Assembly (NCBI RefSeq): GCF_033763495.1
Contig: NZ_JANRKL010000115.1
Location: 29-64,028, forward strand
Length of the DNA stretch: 64,000 nt
DNA from: Haliscomenobacter sp.
Lineage (GTDB): Bacteria > Bacteroidota > Bacteroidia > Chitinophagales > Saprospiraceae
Reading direction: 5' to 3'
The notes under the pieces are model-generated. The model saw nothing but the letters and a program-made list of their open reading frames with translations, was not told where the DNA came from and made no database searches. Of the stretch, positions 54,573 to 62,726 are shown one piece after another; the stretch's first letter is position 1; every line of letters starts with the position of its first letter. Both the position numbers and the translations under genes were made by a program.

Positions 54573-56969
54573 ATGTTGTACAACTATTTCGCCATTGGAG
54601 TGCGCAACTTACTGAAAGACCGCAGTTATACCCTGCTCAATGTGTTGGGCCTGACGGTCAGCATTACCTTTAGTCTCTTGTTGATGGTATACGTCAACGA
54701 TGAGTTGAGTTACGACCGTTTTCACAACCAAGCGGAGCGCATTTTCCGCATCAGCTCCCACGTTAAGGAAACAGAAAATGAGTTCAACTGGGCCGTGGCT
54801 CAAATGTTGACGGGTGAAACCCTGAAACGCGAATATCCAGCAGAGGTGCAGGCCTCTTTGCGCCTGCTGCCCAACGACCGCCTGGAGTACCGCACAGGTC
54901 AGACCCGTTTTTTGGAAGAGAAATTTTACTTGTCTAGTGAAAATGTCTTTAATTTTTTCACTTTCCCACTGGTAGAAGGTGACACCAGAACGGCTTTAAA
55001 AGAACCCAACTCGATCGTTTTGTCCCAAACTACTGCTGAAAAGTATTTTGGCAAAAGCAGTTCCTACCTTGGCAAAACCCTCGACAACAATCGTGGCGAA
55101 ACCTGGAAAGTGACTGGTGTAATGAAGGACATTCCCCAAAACTCCCACATTCGATTCGATGCTTTGATGGCCGACCACGAAATCTGCCAGATCGCGGCGG
55201 CTAATGGCGGGAATTGGGGGCAATTTTCGGCCTACAATTACGTGTTGCTGCATCCTAAAGTTGATCCGCAAGCATTTGAGACCAAAATCCGGGGCATGTA
55301 CGACAAATACATGGCTTCGATTTTTAAACCCCTCAAGATCAACATCAACTATGTCGTTCAGCCCATTACGTCCATCCGTTTGCACTCGAATATGACTCAG
55401 GAACCTGAAGCCCTGGGCAGCCTGGCCTATGTGCGCATCCTGGGGATTACTGCTGTCTTCCTGGTTTTACTGGCTTGCATCAACTACATCAACCTCACTA
55501 CCGCTCGCGCCACTCGCCGCGCCCGCGAGGTAGGTGTACGTAAGGCATTGGGCTCTACCCGGGGCAGTTTGGCTGCCCAGTTTTTAACCGAGGCGGCGCT
55601 GCTGGCCTTGATTTCCGGTGGACTTGGCCTGGCTCTGGCAACTGCATTGTTGCCCATCTTTAATACCATGGCCGGAAAATTGCTCACGATCAGTGCCCTG
55701 TTCCAACCTACCATTATGATTGGTCTCGCTTCCATTTTGGTGCTGGCGGGTTTGATTGCGGGGAGTTACCCTGCACTGGTGCTCTCCGGATTCCAGGCGG
55801 TGGCCGTGTTGAAAGGAGATCAAATACGGAGTAGTGGCGGCTGGTTGCGGCGGGCCTTGGTGGTCACCCAATTTGCAGCTTCTTTGATGATGCTCATTGC
55901 AACTGGAGTCATTTATGATCAATTGCAGTTTTTGAAAAATAAGGACTTGGGTTTTAAAAAGGATCAAGTCTTGGTTTTGCGCCCAGACCCTGGTAGTACC
56001 CGCAGATCTGAAATAGTCGCTTTCAGAGATCTTTTGAAGCAAAACGCTGCTTTAAGTGCAGTAGGTACCTCTTCAGTTAGCCCTGGTATTGATTTAATCG
56101 ATAAAATTTTGGTGACCCTTGAAGGCAATGAAGGCATGAAAGAGGTTGGCATTGATGTAGCTGGTGCAGATGAATACTTTGTTCCAACCCTGGGAATTGA
56201 GGTGGTAAAAGGCAAAAATTTCAGTGGCCAATTGGGAGATACCCTCAATGCGGTTATGGTTAATGAGGCCCTGGTCAAAAAGATGGGCTGGGCCGACCCC
56301 ATTGGCAAAAAAGTTAGGGTGTCTGGTAGAAATGATGTACCCTTCGCACAAGTAATTGGGGTGGTCAAAGATTATCACCAAAAATCCATGTACAATCCAA
56401 TTGAGCCTTTGATTTTTGTATACCGGCAAGCAGCTTTTGTGGTGCATTCCCGCATCAATCCTGACAATTTACCACAGACCCTCAAAAGTGTAGAAGCCAG
56501 TTGGAACGCTGCTTTCCCTGCTCAGGAATTTAAATATACTTTCCTGGATGATGAATTTAACCAACAATTCAAGGCCGATCAAAAGCGGGGAACCTTGTTT
56601 TCGGTGTTCTCAGGCTTGAGCATTTTTATTGCTTGTTTGGGCTTGTTGGGGTTGGTGGCTTACACCACGGAACAAAGACGCCGGGAAATTGGCATCCGCA
56701 AGGTGTTAGGGGCCGGACAAGGACAGGTAGTGACCTTATTGGCGCGGCATTTTATCATTTTGGTGCTGGTTGCAGGGGTGATTGCCATTCCATTAGCGGC
56801 CTGGTTTTTGCAGGGTTGGCTCAAGGAATTCCCGTACCATACGGGCTTGCAACCGCTGACCTTTATAGCATCACTGTTGATTTTATTGGCTTTGACGATG
56901 GTGACGGTGAGTTTCCATACGATCCGGGCGGCTTTGGCGAACCCGGTGAAGTCGTTGAAAAGCGAGTAG
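54573..56969 (+). CDS. ABC transporter permease, FtsX/MacB-like (duplicated FtsX modules)
   Basis: 798 aa. N-terminal TM helix plus a MacB-like periplasmic domain and an FtsX 4-TM module, arranged twice. No ATPase gene is adjacent, which is common in Bacteroidota. Confidence 0.85.
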   Translation: MLYNYFAIGVRNLLKDRSYTLLNVLGLTVSITFSLLLMVYVNDELSYDRFHNQAERIFRISSHVKETENEFNWAVAQMLTGETLKREYPAEVQASLRLLPNDRLEYRTGQTRFLEEKFYLSSENVFNFFTFPLVEGDTRTALKEPNSIVLSQTTAEKYFGKSSSYLGKTLDNNRGETWKVTGVMKDIPQNSHIRFDALMADHEICQIAAANGGNWGQFSAYNYVLLHPKVDPQAFETKIRGMYDKYMASIFKPLKININYVVQPITSIRLHSNMTQEPEALGSLAYVRILGITAVFLVLLACINYINLTTARATRRAREVGVRKALGSTRGSLAAQFLTEAALLALISGGLGLALATALLPIFNTMAGKLLTISALFQPTIMIGLASILVLAGLIAGSYPALVLSGFQAVAVLKGDQIRSSGGWLRRALVVTQFAASLMMLIATGVIYDQLQFLKNKDLGFKKDQVLVLRPDPGSTRRSEIVAFRDLLKQNAALSAVGTSSVSPGIDLIDKILVTLEGNEGMKEVGIDVAGADEYFVPTLGIEVVKGKNFSGQLGDTLNAVMVNEALVKKMGWADPIGKKVRVSGRNDVPFAQVIGVVKDYHQKSMYNPIEPLIFVYRQAAFVVHSRINPDNLPQTLKSVEASWNAAFPAQEFKYTFLDDEFNQQFKADQKRGTLFSVFSGLSIFIACLGLLGLVAYTTEQRRREIGIRKVLGAGQGQVVTLLARHFIILVLVAGVIAIPLAAWFLQGWLKEFPYHTGLQPLTFIASLLILLALTMVTVSFHTIRAALANPVKSLKSE

Positions 56970-57016
56970 AAGGGACGCAAAGTTGTTATTGGATAAATGC
57001 AAAAGCGACATATTTT

Positions 57017-57158
57017 CACAAAGTGCACCAAGGCGGCACAAAGGACACAAAGTTAGACGTTGACGAGGTTTTTCATCCAAAATAAGAAAAAGTCGAGATG
57101 TATTGCATTGTCAAAATTGCGTCTTTGTGTCCTTTGTGCTGCCTTGGTGTCCTTTGTG
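57017..57158. repeat. CAC-N-AAG octamer element: 36-nt imperfect inverted repeats with 70-nt spacer
   Basis: cacaaagtgcaccaaggcggcacaaaggacacaaag (57017-57052) against ctttgtgtcctttgtgctgccttggtgtcctttgtg (57123-57158) is complementary at about 33 of 36 positions, followed by ctcatttttt. It lies between convergent genes. Confidence 0.85.
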
Positions 57159-57235
57159 CTCATTTTTTCATTGTGATACTTGTAAATTCAAGATGATTCA
57201 TGTTTGTGAACCAATCAAAATACTCCAGGTTTTAC

Positions 57236-57550
57236 CTAGTTCCCACCACCTGGACGGCGAGCTGGACTTTTCCGCCTGCTGCTTGCCCCGGGGTTAACTG
57301 GTTTTGCCTTAATTGGAATTCTGGGCCCCGGAGGAGTTGAATCATTGCGAACTCCGGTTTTCCCAGGAGCACTTGTCCTCGCTGTTGAAGTACCGGGCTG
57401 TTTGATTTTGACACCAACCGGACGAGCCTTAACGTAGGGCGGTTCAGTATCGGGGCGCTCGGTGTAGTTTTTAGTGCGCAGCTTCTCCTGGCCAAAGGTA
57501 ACGGTGGCGATCAAGGTGAACAAGCTCAATAAGAGCAAGATCTTTTTCAT
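57236..57550 (-). CDS. small basic Pro/Lys/Arg-rich secreted protein, paralogue A
   Basis: ATG start. The signal peptide MKKILLLLSLFTLIATVTFGQEK is nearly the same as that of the 60495-60866 product. The mature part is low-complexity and basic. Confidence 0.6.
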   Translation of the reverse strand: MKKILLLLSLFTLIATVTFGQEKLRTKNYTERPDTEPPYVKARPVGVKIKQPGTSTARTSAPGKTGVRNDSTPPGPRIPIKAKPVNPGASSRRKSPARRPGGGN

Positions 57551-57598
57551 AAGGTTTGTGTTTTTTTACAAAACTATAGGCAAAAAAAAAACTGCACC

Positions 57599-57614
57599 TC
57601 ACCTAAACAAGTGA
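57599..57614. promoter_or_regulatory. conserved palindromic box, copy A (TCACCTAAACAAGTGA)
   Basis: Lies 49 nt upstream of the paralogue A ATG. The extended match cctcacctaaaYaRgtgatttt is shared with 60969-60991. On minus-strand RNA it forms a 6-bp hairpin, followed about 7 nt later by a U10 run. Confidence 0.4.
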
Positions 57615-57640
57615 TTTTACATAGCCTGAAAATTTCCCGC

Positions 57641-60346
57641 TCACTCTTTTTCCATCGTCGTTGCCCCAATTTTCCATCCTAACACCTTGGTAAACTTCCC
57701 AATCTTCTGCTGCTTTTGCCCAGCTTGATCCACGGTGATGACATAGTCTCCCGGGGCTACCGGATTGTCTGCGGCACGGCGTCTTCCACCTGCGGCTGAA
57801 GCTCTGAAATTCCAAATGATCTCGTTGAGGCCAGCTTTGGGCGACACCTTCCAGCTCCGCACCAGGTTACCATTGATGTCTTTGATGCTCACCTGCGCTG
57901 AATCGCTGGCATTGCGGGTGTAATATCGGATGCAGAGCCCGTTGGGTTCATTTGGTGTGCGGATGTGGCGATTGCCGTACAAGTGGTAATTCGCCAACTG
58001 GGTGCCTTCCAAACGCAGGGCTTTGGGCTCGAGGTCAAACAAATGGAAATTGGCGTTGTCCATATCCGGCTTCCATTCTTGCAGGGCGCTGACGTCGGCT
58101 ACAAAAACCCCTCGCCCGTAGGTGCCCACCACCAGGTCATTTTCACGAGGATGAATCAGGAGGTCGTGTACGGGCACACTTGGCGGCATATTGCTTTGAA
58201 AGTGCTGCCAGTTTTCGCCGCCATTCATGGAAACATATACGCCCTTGTCATTGCCTACGTAAAGCAAGGATGGATTTTTAGGGTCTTCGTAAATGACGTT
58301 GACAGGTTTATCGGGCAGGCCTTGGGTGATCCTCTTCCAGGTCAGTCCAAAATCGTTCGTTTTGAATACATAAGGTTTAAAATCATCCACCCGAAAGCCG
58401 GTTTTGGTCACGTAAGCAGTACCCGGGCGATGCGCGGAAGCAAATACCCGGCTCACCCACAATTCTTTGGGGCCACCTACATCAATCAAAGCTGCCGTAC
58501 TTTCTATCCAGATTTTGCCGTGGTCTTTGGTCACCCAAACCCGCCCATCGTCGGTGCCTACCCAAATGACGCCAGCTTGCAGCGGCGATTCAGAAACGGT
58601 CGTGATGGTACAAAACTGGATATTGCCTTTGCCATTGATGCGGTGCGGGTGGTTGGTTGTCAAATCGGGGCTGATTTCCTGCCAACTGTCGCCCCGATCC
58701 AGGGAACGCAACAGCACTTCAGCTCCGGTGTAAATAATTGATGGATTGTGTGGCGATAATCGAATGGGCGGTGTCCAGTTCCAACGGTAAGGTTTTTGGC
58801 TGGCCGGGCGGCGTGGGGCAATGTTTTTGCGGGCACCCGTCCATTGATCTACCCGAATGTGGTTCCCAAACTGCTCTTCGTTGTACACCCAGCGGTTGTT
58901 GCTGGGGTCGATTTGGTTGTACATGCCGTCGCCTCCACCTACGGGCACCCAGTTTTCGAGGGTAATTTCGCCCGACCAGGCATTGCTGGGGCCTTTCCAG
59001 GAGTCGTGGTCTTGCAGGCCAGCGTAGATGTTGTAGGGTTCTTCCATGTCCACACCAATGGCATAAATTTCCCCACCGGGAATGTTGTCGTAATAATCAC
59101 AGGTGATGCCGCCGTCGTAGCTGAGTTGCAGGCCGCCATCGCTGCCCAACAGCATCCGTTGAGGATTGAAGGGATCGATGTACAGGGTACGTACGTCCCC
59201 AAAAGCTTCGCGGAAAATTTTGGTAGTATCGGTCCATTCGATGCCCTTCCAGGTCTTACCGCCATCGTAACTGTGTTGCAGGTTCAGCCCTGTGACATAA
59301 ACTTTTTGCGGGTCCACCGGGTCAACGCGGAGTGTATTGAAGGAATAGGCAGCCTTGCCTCCCACGTTGTCTTCGGAGCGGTTGGTTTTGCGCCAGGTCG
59401 CCCCGGCGTCGTCACTGAGGTACACTTCACCACCCATTTCCCGTTTTTGAGGTTCGCGTCCAGCGTCCGTATCGGCCTTACTTTCGGCAGGAAAAGGGTC
59501 GCGGAGGTTTACATTTTCAATCACGGCGTATACTACATTGGGTTTGGTCCGGCATACGTCCAGGCCAATTCGGCCCAGGTCGCCCGTAGGCAGGCCCTGA
59601 CTGAGTTTTTTCCAACTTTTCCCGGCATCCACACTTTTGTAAATCCCACTTTCCTTACCTCCTGTGATCAGGGTCCAGGGATAGCGGTATTTTTCGTAGG
59701 CAGCAGCGTAGATGACGTTGGGGTTGTTGACGTCCATGGCCATGTCCACCACCCCGGTATTGTCGCTGATGAAGAGGGCTTTTTGCCAGGTTTTGCCGCC
59801 ATCGCTGCTTTTAAAAACACCACGTTCGGGGTTGGGGCCAAAGAGGTGTCCCATGGCAGCTACATAAACGGTATTGGGATCCTTGGGATGCACCAAAATT
59901 TTGCCGATGTGCTGGCTTTCGGGCAAACCACAATGGGTCCAGGTTTTGCCGCCATCGGTACTTTTGTGTACACCATTGCCGCTGTAGGAGCTACGGGCGT
60001 AGTAAGAATCGCCAGTACCCAGATAAACGACATTGGCATTGGAGGGTGCAACGGCCACTGCCCCGAGGGAGTGCACGTCGGGGTGGTTGAACACCGAAGT
60101 CCAGGTGGTGCCGTTGTTGCTGGATTTGTACAGGCCAGCATTGCGCGTAGCGAGGTAAATGGTGTAGAGGTGCTCGTTTTGGGGTTGTTCGGGTACGGCA
60201 ATGTCCACAATCCAACAACCGGGGCGAAAAGGGCCGATGTTGCGGTAAGGCAGTTTGGACAAAAGTTCACTGGATAATTTGCTCTGACCAAAAAGGGAAA
60301 TCAGGGTCCCAAAGAAAAGAAAGGTGCAGGTAAATAGACGTTGCAT
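57641..60346 (-). CDS. BNR/Asp-box repeat, sortilin/VPS10-like double beta-propeller protein (glycosyl-hydrolase-like)
   Basis: Start trimmed to the ATG at 60346 (MQRLFTCTFLFFGTLISLFGQS signal peptide). About nine Asp-boxes are present: STDGGKTW, SSDGGKTW, SVDAGKSW, SDDAGATW, SYDGGKTW, SLDRGDSW, TKDHGKIW, TNDFGLTW and SMNGGENW. Confidence 0.8.
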   Translation of the reverse strand: MQRLFTCTFLFFGTLISLFGQSKLSSELLSKLPYRNIGPFRPGCWIVDIAVPEQPQNEHLYTIYLATRNAGLYKSSNNGTTWTSVFNHPDVHSLGAVAVAPSNANVVYLGTGDSYYARSSYSGNGVHKSTDGGKTWTHCGLPESQHIGKILVHPKDPNTVYVAAMGHLFGPNPERGVFKSSDGGKTWQKALFISDNTGVVDMAMDVNNPNVIYAAAYEKYRYPWTLITGGKESGIYKSVDAGKSWKKLSQGLPTGDLGRIGLDVCRTKPNVVYAVIENVNLRDPFPAESKADTDAGREPQKREMGGEVYLSDDAGATWRKTNRSEDNVGGKAAYSFNTLRVDPVDPQKVYVTGLNLQHSYDGGKTWKGIEWTDTTKIFREAFGDVRTLYIDPFNPQRMLLGSDGGLQLSYDGGITCDYYDNIPGGEIYAIGVDMEEPYNIYAGLQDHDSWKGPSNAWSGEITLENWVPVGGGDGMYNQIDPSNNRWVYNEEQFGNHIRVDQWTGARKNIAPRRPASQKPYRWNWTPPIRLSPHNPSIIYTGAEVLLRSLDRGDSWQEISPDLTTNHPHRINGKGNIQFCTITTVSESPLQAGVIWVGTDDGRVWVTKDHGKIWIESTAALIDVGGPKELWVSRVFASAHRPGTAYVTKTGFRVDDFKPYVFKTNDFGLTWKRITQGLPDKPVNVIYEDPKNPSLLYVGNDKGVYVSMNGGENWQHFQSNMPPSVPVHDLLIHPRENDLVVGTYGRGVFVADVSALQEWKPDMDNANFHLFDLEPKALRLEGTQLANYHLYGNRHIRTPNEPNGLCIRYYTRNASDSAQVSIKDINGNLVRSWKVSPKAGLNEIIWNFRASAAGGRRRAADNPVAPGDYVITVDQAGQKQQKIGKFTKVLGWKIGATTMEKE

Positions 60347-60415
60347 AGGTACGGTTTTGCGCTTTGTCCCAAAATAAGGAATCTTGTAACAACCGTATCT
60401 GTGTATCGCCCAACT

Positions 60416-60468
60416 ACCTAAAAAAGCTAAAAGTTGCACGAAATGTCCTCTTTTGTGCAACTTTTAGC
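60416..60468 (-). terminator. rho-independent terminator of small paralogue B
   Basis: Perfect 14-bp stem gctaaaagttgcac / gtgcaacttttagc (60426-60439 / 60455-60468). On the minus strand it is followed by tttttt. Confidence 0.65.
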
Positions 60469-60494
60469 ATGAATTTTAGGCCAATGAAGACCAA

Positions 60495-60866
60495 TTAATT
60501 AGGCTTCCGGCGTATTGGTTTGTGTATTCTTTTTCCTGTTGCCTGACCACTTCCAGCTTCCCGGGCATTTTTTTCAGGTGCTTTTACATCCTGAATTTCA
60601 AAATTACCCATTTTGTCTTCGGTTGGTTTTGGTGCTTTGGCATCCTGGATTTCAAAATTGCCTAGCTTATCCTGGCTTTGATTTCTCTTGTTCGATGAAG
60701 GGCTTTTAACCGTGGCGGTAGTTGGTTTTTTGACCCATAACAGAGAGTCGTCTCTCCAACCAGCAGTTTTTTTTGCAACTCTGGCGTTGGTTTTTGGGCG
60801 ATCCTGAGCAAAAGTTACCGTTGCACACAAGGTGAACAAGCCAAGCAAAAACAATACTTTTTTCAT
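60495..60866 (-). CDS. small basic secreted protein with internal tandem repeat, paralogue B
   Basis: ATG start. Signal peptide MKKVLFLLGLFTLCATVTFAQDR. It contains two copies of DK[LM]GNFEIQD[AV]KAP and has a basic C-terminus, KRIHKPIRRKPN. Confidence 0.6.
   Translation of the reverse strand: MKKVLFLLGLFTLCATVTFAQDRPKTNARVAKKTAGWRDDSLLWVKKPTTATVKSPSSNKRNQSQDKLGNFEIQDAKAPKPTEDKMGNFEIQDVKAPEKNAREAGSGQATGKRIHKPIRRKPN
60573..60671 (-). repeat. intragenic 54-nt tandem duplication (two copies)
   Basis: catcctgaatttcaaaattacccattttgtc (60587-60617) and catcctggatttcaaaattgcctagcttatc (60641-60671) lie 54 nt apart and encode the GNFEIQD repeat. Confidence 0.85.
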
Positions 60867-60971
60867 TTCAATAGGATTTTGAGATTCAATAAATTTGATC
60901 CAATCTTGAGCAGCCGTCTAAGCATTCGATTGAATACCCCACAAAGTTGCAGGAGAAAAAAGGGGCAGACC

Positions 60972-60987
60972 TCACCTAAATAGGTGA
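60972..60987. promoter_or_regulatory. conserved palindromic box, copy B (TCACCTAAATAGGTGA, perfect)
   Basis: Perfect 6+4+6 palindrome 106 nt upstream of the paralogue B ATG. No minus-strand gene lies upstream that it could terminate. Confidence 0.4.
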
Positions 60988-61074
60988 TTTTTTCCTTCTA
61001 CATTTACTCCCGGTCAAAATTTAAGCAAAAAATCACACTAATGAGCATTTTTGTTAATTGGAAGCGGAGGACAT

Positions 61075-61239
61075 GAATAGCCCCTGGCTTCAGCCTGGGG
61101 ACTATGGCAATCACTCTTTTGCGGGCTTTAGCCCAATATTTTGGCTTTATAAATCTTGGGCTAAAGCCCGAATTTGATGGCATTCCTCTAACCCCAGGCT
61201 AAAGCCAGGGGCTATTCAATCATTATTCAGGCTAAAGCC
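61075..61239. repeat. cluster of five GGCT(A/T/C)(A/T)AGCC quasi-palindromic units with nested inverted repeats (MITE/REP-like)
   Basis: The outer 26-nt inverted repeats, 61075-61100 and 61192-61217, match at 25 of 26 positions. The inner 15-nt inverted repeats are perfect: cgggctttagcccaa (61122-61136) and ttgggctaaagcccg (61156-61170). A fifth unit, caggctaaagcctg, sits at 61228-61241. Confidence 0.85.
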
Positions 61240-61428
61240 TGGAGGTTTTCGATTATCTTTCAAGCTGATGAAGTTCTTAAAATATAGCGTCCCTAAATGA
61301 GCCAGAAATTGAGAAAAGCTGGCAGCTACAAAAGATCTTTTTTTTCAAAAAACTTCTTCAGCTTGGGGCTATTAATGTCCTCCGAGCAAAATGCCCAGTA
61401 GTGTGAAAAAAATTCAGATTGTATCGTT

Positions 61429-62616
61429 ATGGATGTACAAATTGAAGCATTGAACTCAAAGCATAGCTCCTTCGATGTCATTGTACTCGGCGTAGGCTCC
61501 ATGGGCTCTGCCACTTGTTTTCATTTGGCCAGGCGTGGTTTAAAAGTTTTGGGGCTGGAGCAATTCAGTATAACTCACGACCAGGGTTCACACGCCGGGC
61601 AAAGCCGGATCATCCGCAAAGCCTATTTTGAGCACCCAGATTATGTGCCCCTTTTGGAGCGCGCTTATCAAAATTGGCAGGAGTTGGAGGTATTGACGGA
61701 TACAACGCTTTACCATGAAACAGGCCTGCTTTATTATGGCCCTCCCGAAGACGACATGATGCAAGGGGTGAAATTATCGGCCAAAACTTACGATGTGCCC
61801 CTTGAGGTGCTGAGTCAGGGCCCAAACCAAAACAAATTTCCCCAAATAACGGTACCCGACCATTACGAAGGGTTACTGGAACCCGGTGCAGGATTCCTCC
61901 CTCCCGAGCGAGTCATCTTGTTGTACACCGATCAGGCCATTAAACACGGAGCAGTGATCAAAACCCAGGAAAAGGTCTTGAGCTGGAAAAAAAATCCCGG
62001 CGGTGGAGTGAACGTGATCAGCGATAAAGGAACCTATCACGCGGCCAAACTGGTCATTACGGCTGGGCCTTGGGCTGGCCATTTTATCCCTCAGCTCCAA
62101 CCCAAATTGCAAGTCACCCGCCAGGTATTGGCCTGGGTGATTCCTAAAAAACCACAGCCATTTGAATTGGGCCAATTGCCTTGCTGGATGATTGTGGACG
62201 AAGTCAATCCGGGGATTTTATACGGTTTCCCCATTATGCCCGTAGGGCAATTCAATGGGCCCATTGGGTTCAAGGCGGGTTATCACGTGCCCGGTCAAGT
62301 GAGTGATCCAGATCGAATTGACCGGGAGGTAAGCAAGGAGGAGGAGGAAAAAATCATTGATGCTTTGCTGCGTTTTTTCCCGGAGAGTTACCAATCCACC
62401 CATGTGCTAAAAACCTGCTTGTACACGTATACGCCGGATGAAAATTTTGTGATCGACTTTTTGCCGGGCTTTGATCAGGATGTGGTCATTGCGGCAGGAT
62501 TTAGTGGGCATGGCTTTAAATTTGCTTCGGTAGTGGGGGAAATCCTGGCAGATTTGTCCAGTAATGGAGCAACTGCATTGCCGATTGGCTTTTTAAATGC
62601 CGGGCGATTTTTCTAG
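61429..62616 (+). CDS. solA: FAD-dependent N-methyl-L-tryptophan / sarcosine oxidase family enzyme
   Basis: Dinucleotide fold FDVIVLGVGSMGSATCFHLARRG. GSHAGQSRIIRKAY and the C-terminal GFSGHGFKF follow the MSOX/MTOX (SolA) pattern. Confidence 0.75.
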   Translation: MDVQIEALNSKHSSFDVIVLGVGSMGSATCFHLARRGLKVLGLEQFSITHDQGSHAGQSRIIRKAYFEHPDYVPLLERAYQNWQELEVLTDTTLYHETGLLYYGPPEDDMMQGVKLSAKTYDVPLEVLSQGPNQNKFPQITVPDHYEGLLEPGAGFLPPERVILLYTDQAIKHGAVIKTQEKVLSWKKNPGGGVNVISDKGTYHAAKLVITAGPWAGHFIPQLQPKLQVTRQVLAWVIPKKPQPFELGQLPCWMIVDEVNPGILYGFPIMPVGQFNGPIGFKAGYHVPGQVSDPDRIDREVSKEEEEKIIDALLRFFPESYQSTHVLKTCLYTYTPDENFVIDFLPGFDQDVVIAAGFSGHGFKFASVVGEILADLSSNGATALPIGFLNAGRFF

Positions 62617-62626
62617 TTCTTTTTCG

Positions 62627-62682
62627 CCACTAAGGCACTAAGACACTAAGTACTTAAAAGATCACGCTTCGTGTCTTTGTGG
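62627..62682. repeat. CAC-N-AAG octamer element (imperfect hairpin)
   Basis: ccactaag gcactaag acactaag (62627-62650) faces cttcgtgt ctttgtgg (62667-62682). It is preceded by a T-rich run and followed by an A-rich run, the wrong polarity for a plus-strand terminator. Confidence 0.75.
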
Positions 62683-62726
62683 CAAAAAAATAACCGTTTC
62701 TTTTCTCAACTTACCAATCTACATAC

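Noticed and set aside
58796-60277. A 493-aa plus-strand ORF antisense to the BNR/VPS10-like gene.
   Set aside because: The minus-strand frame contains about nine Asp-box repeats. The antisense product has no recognisable features.
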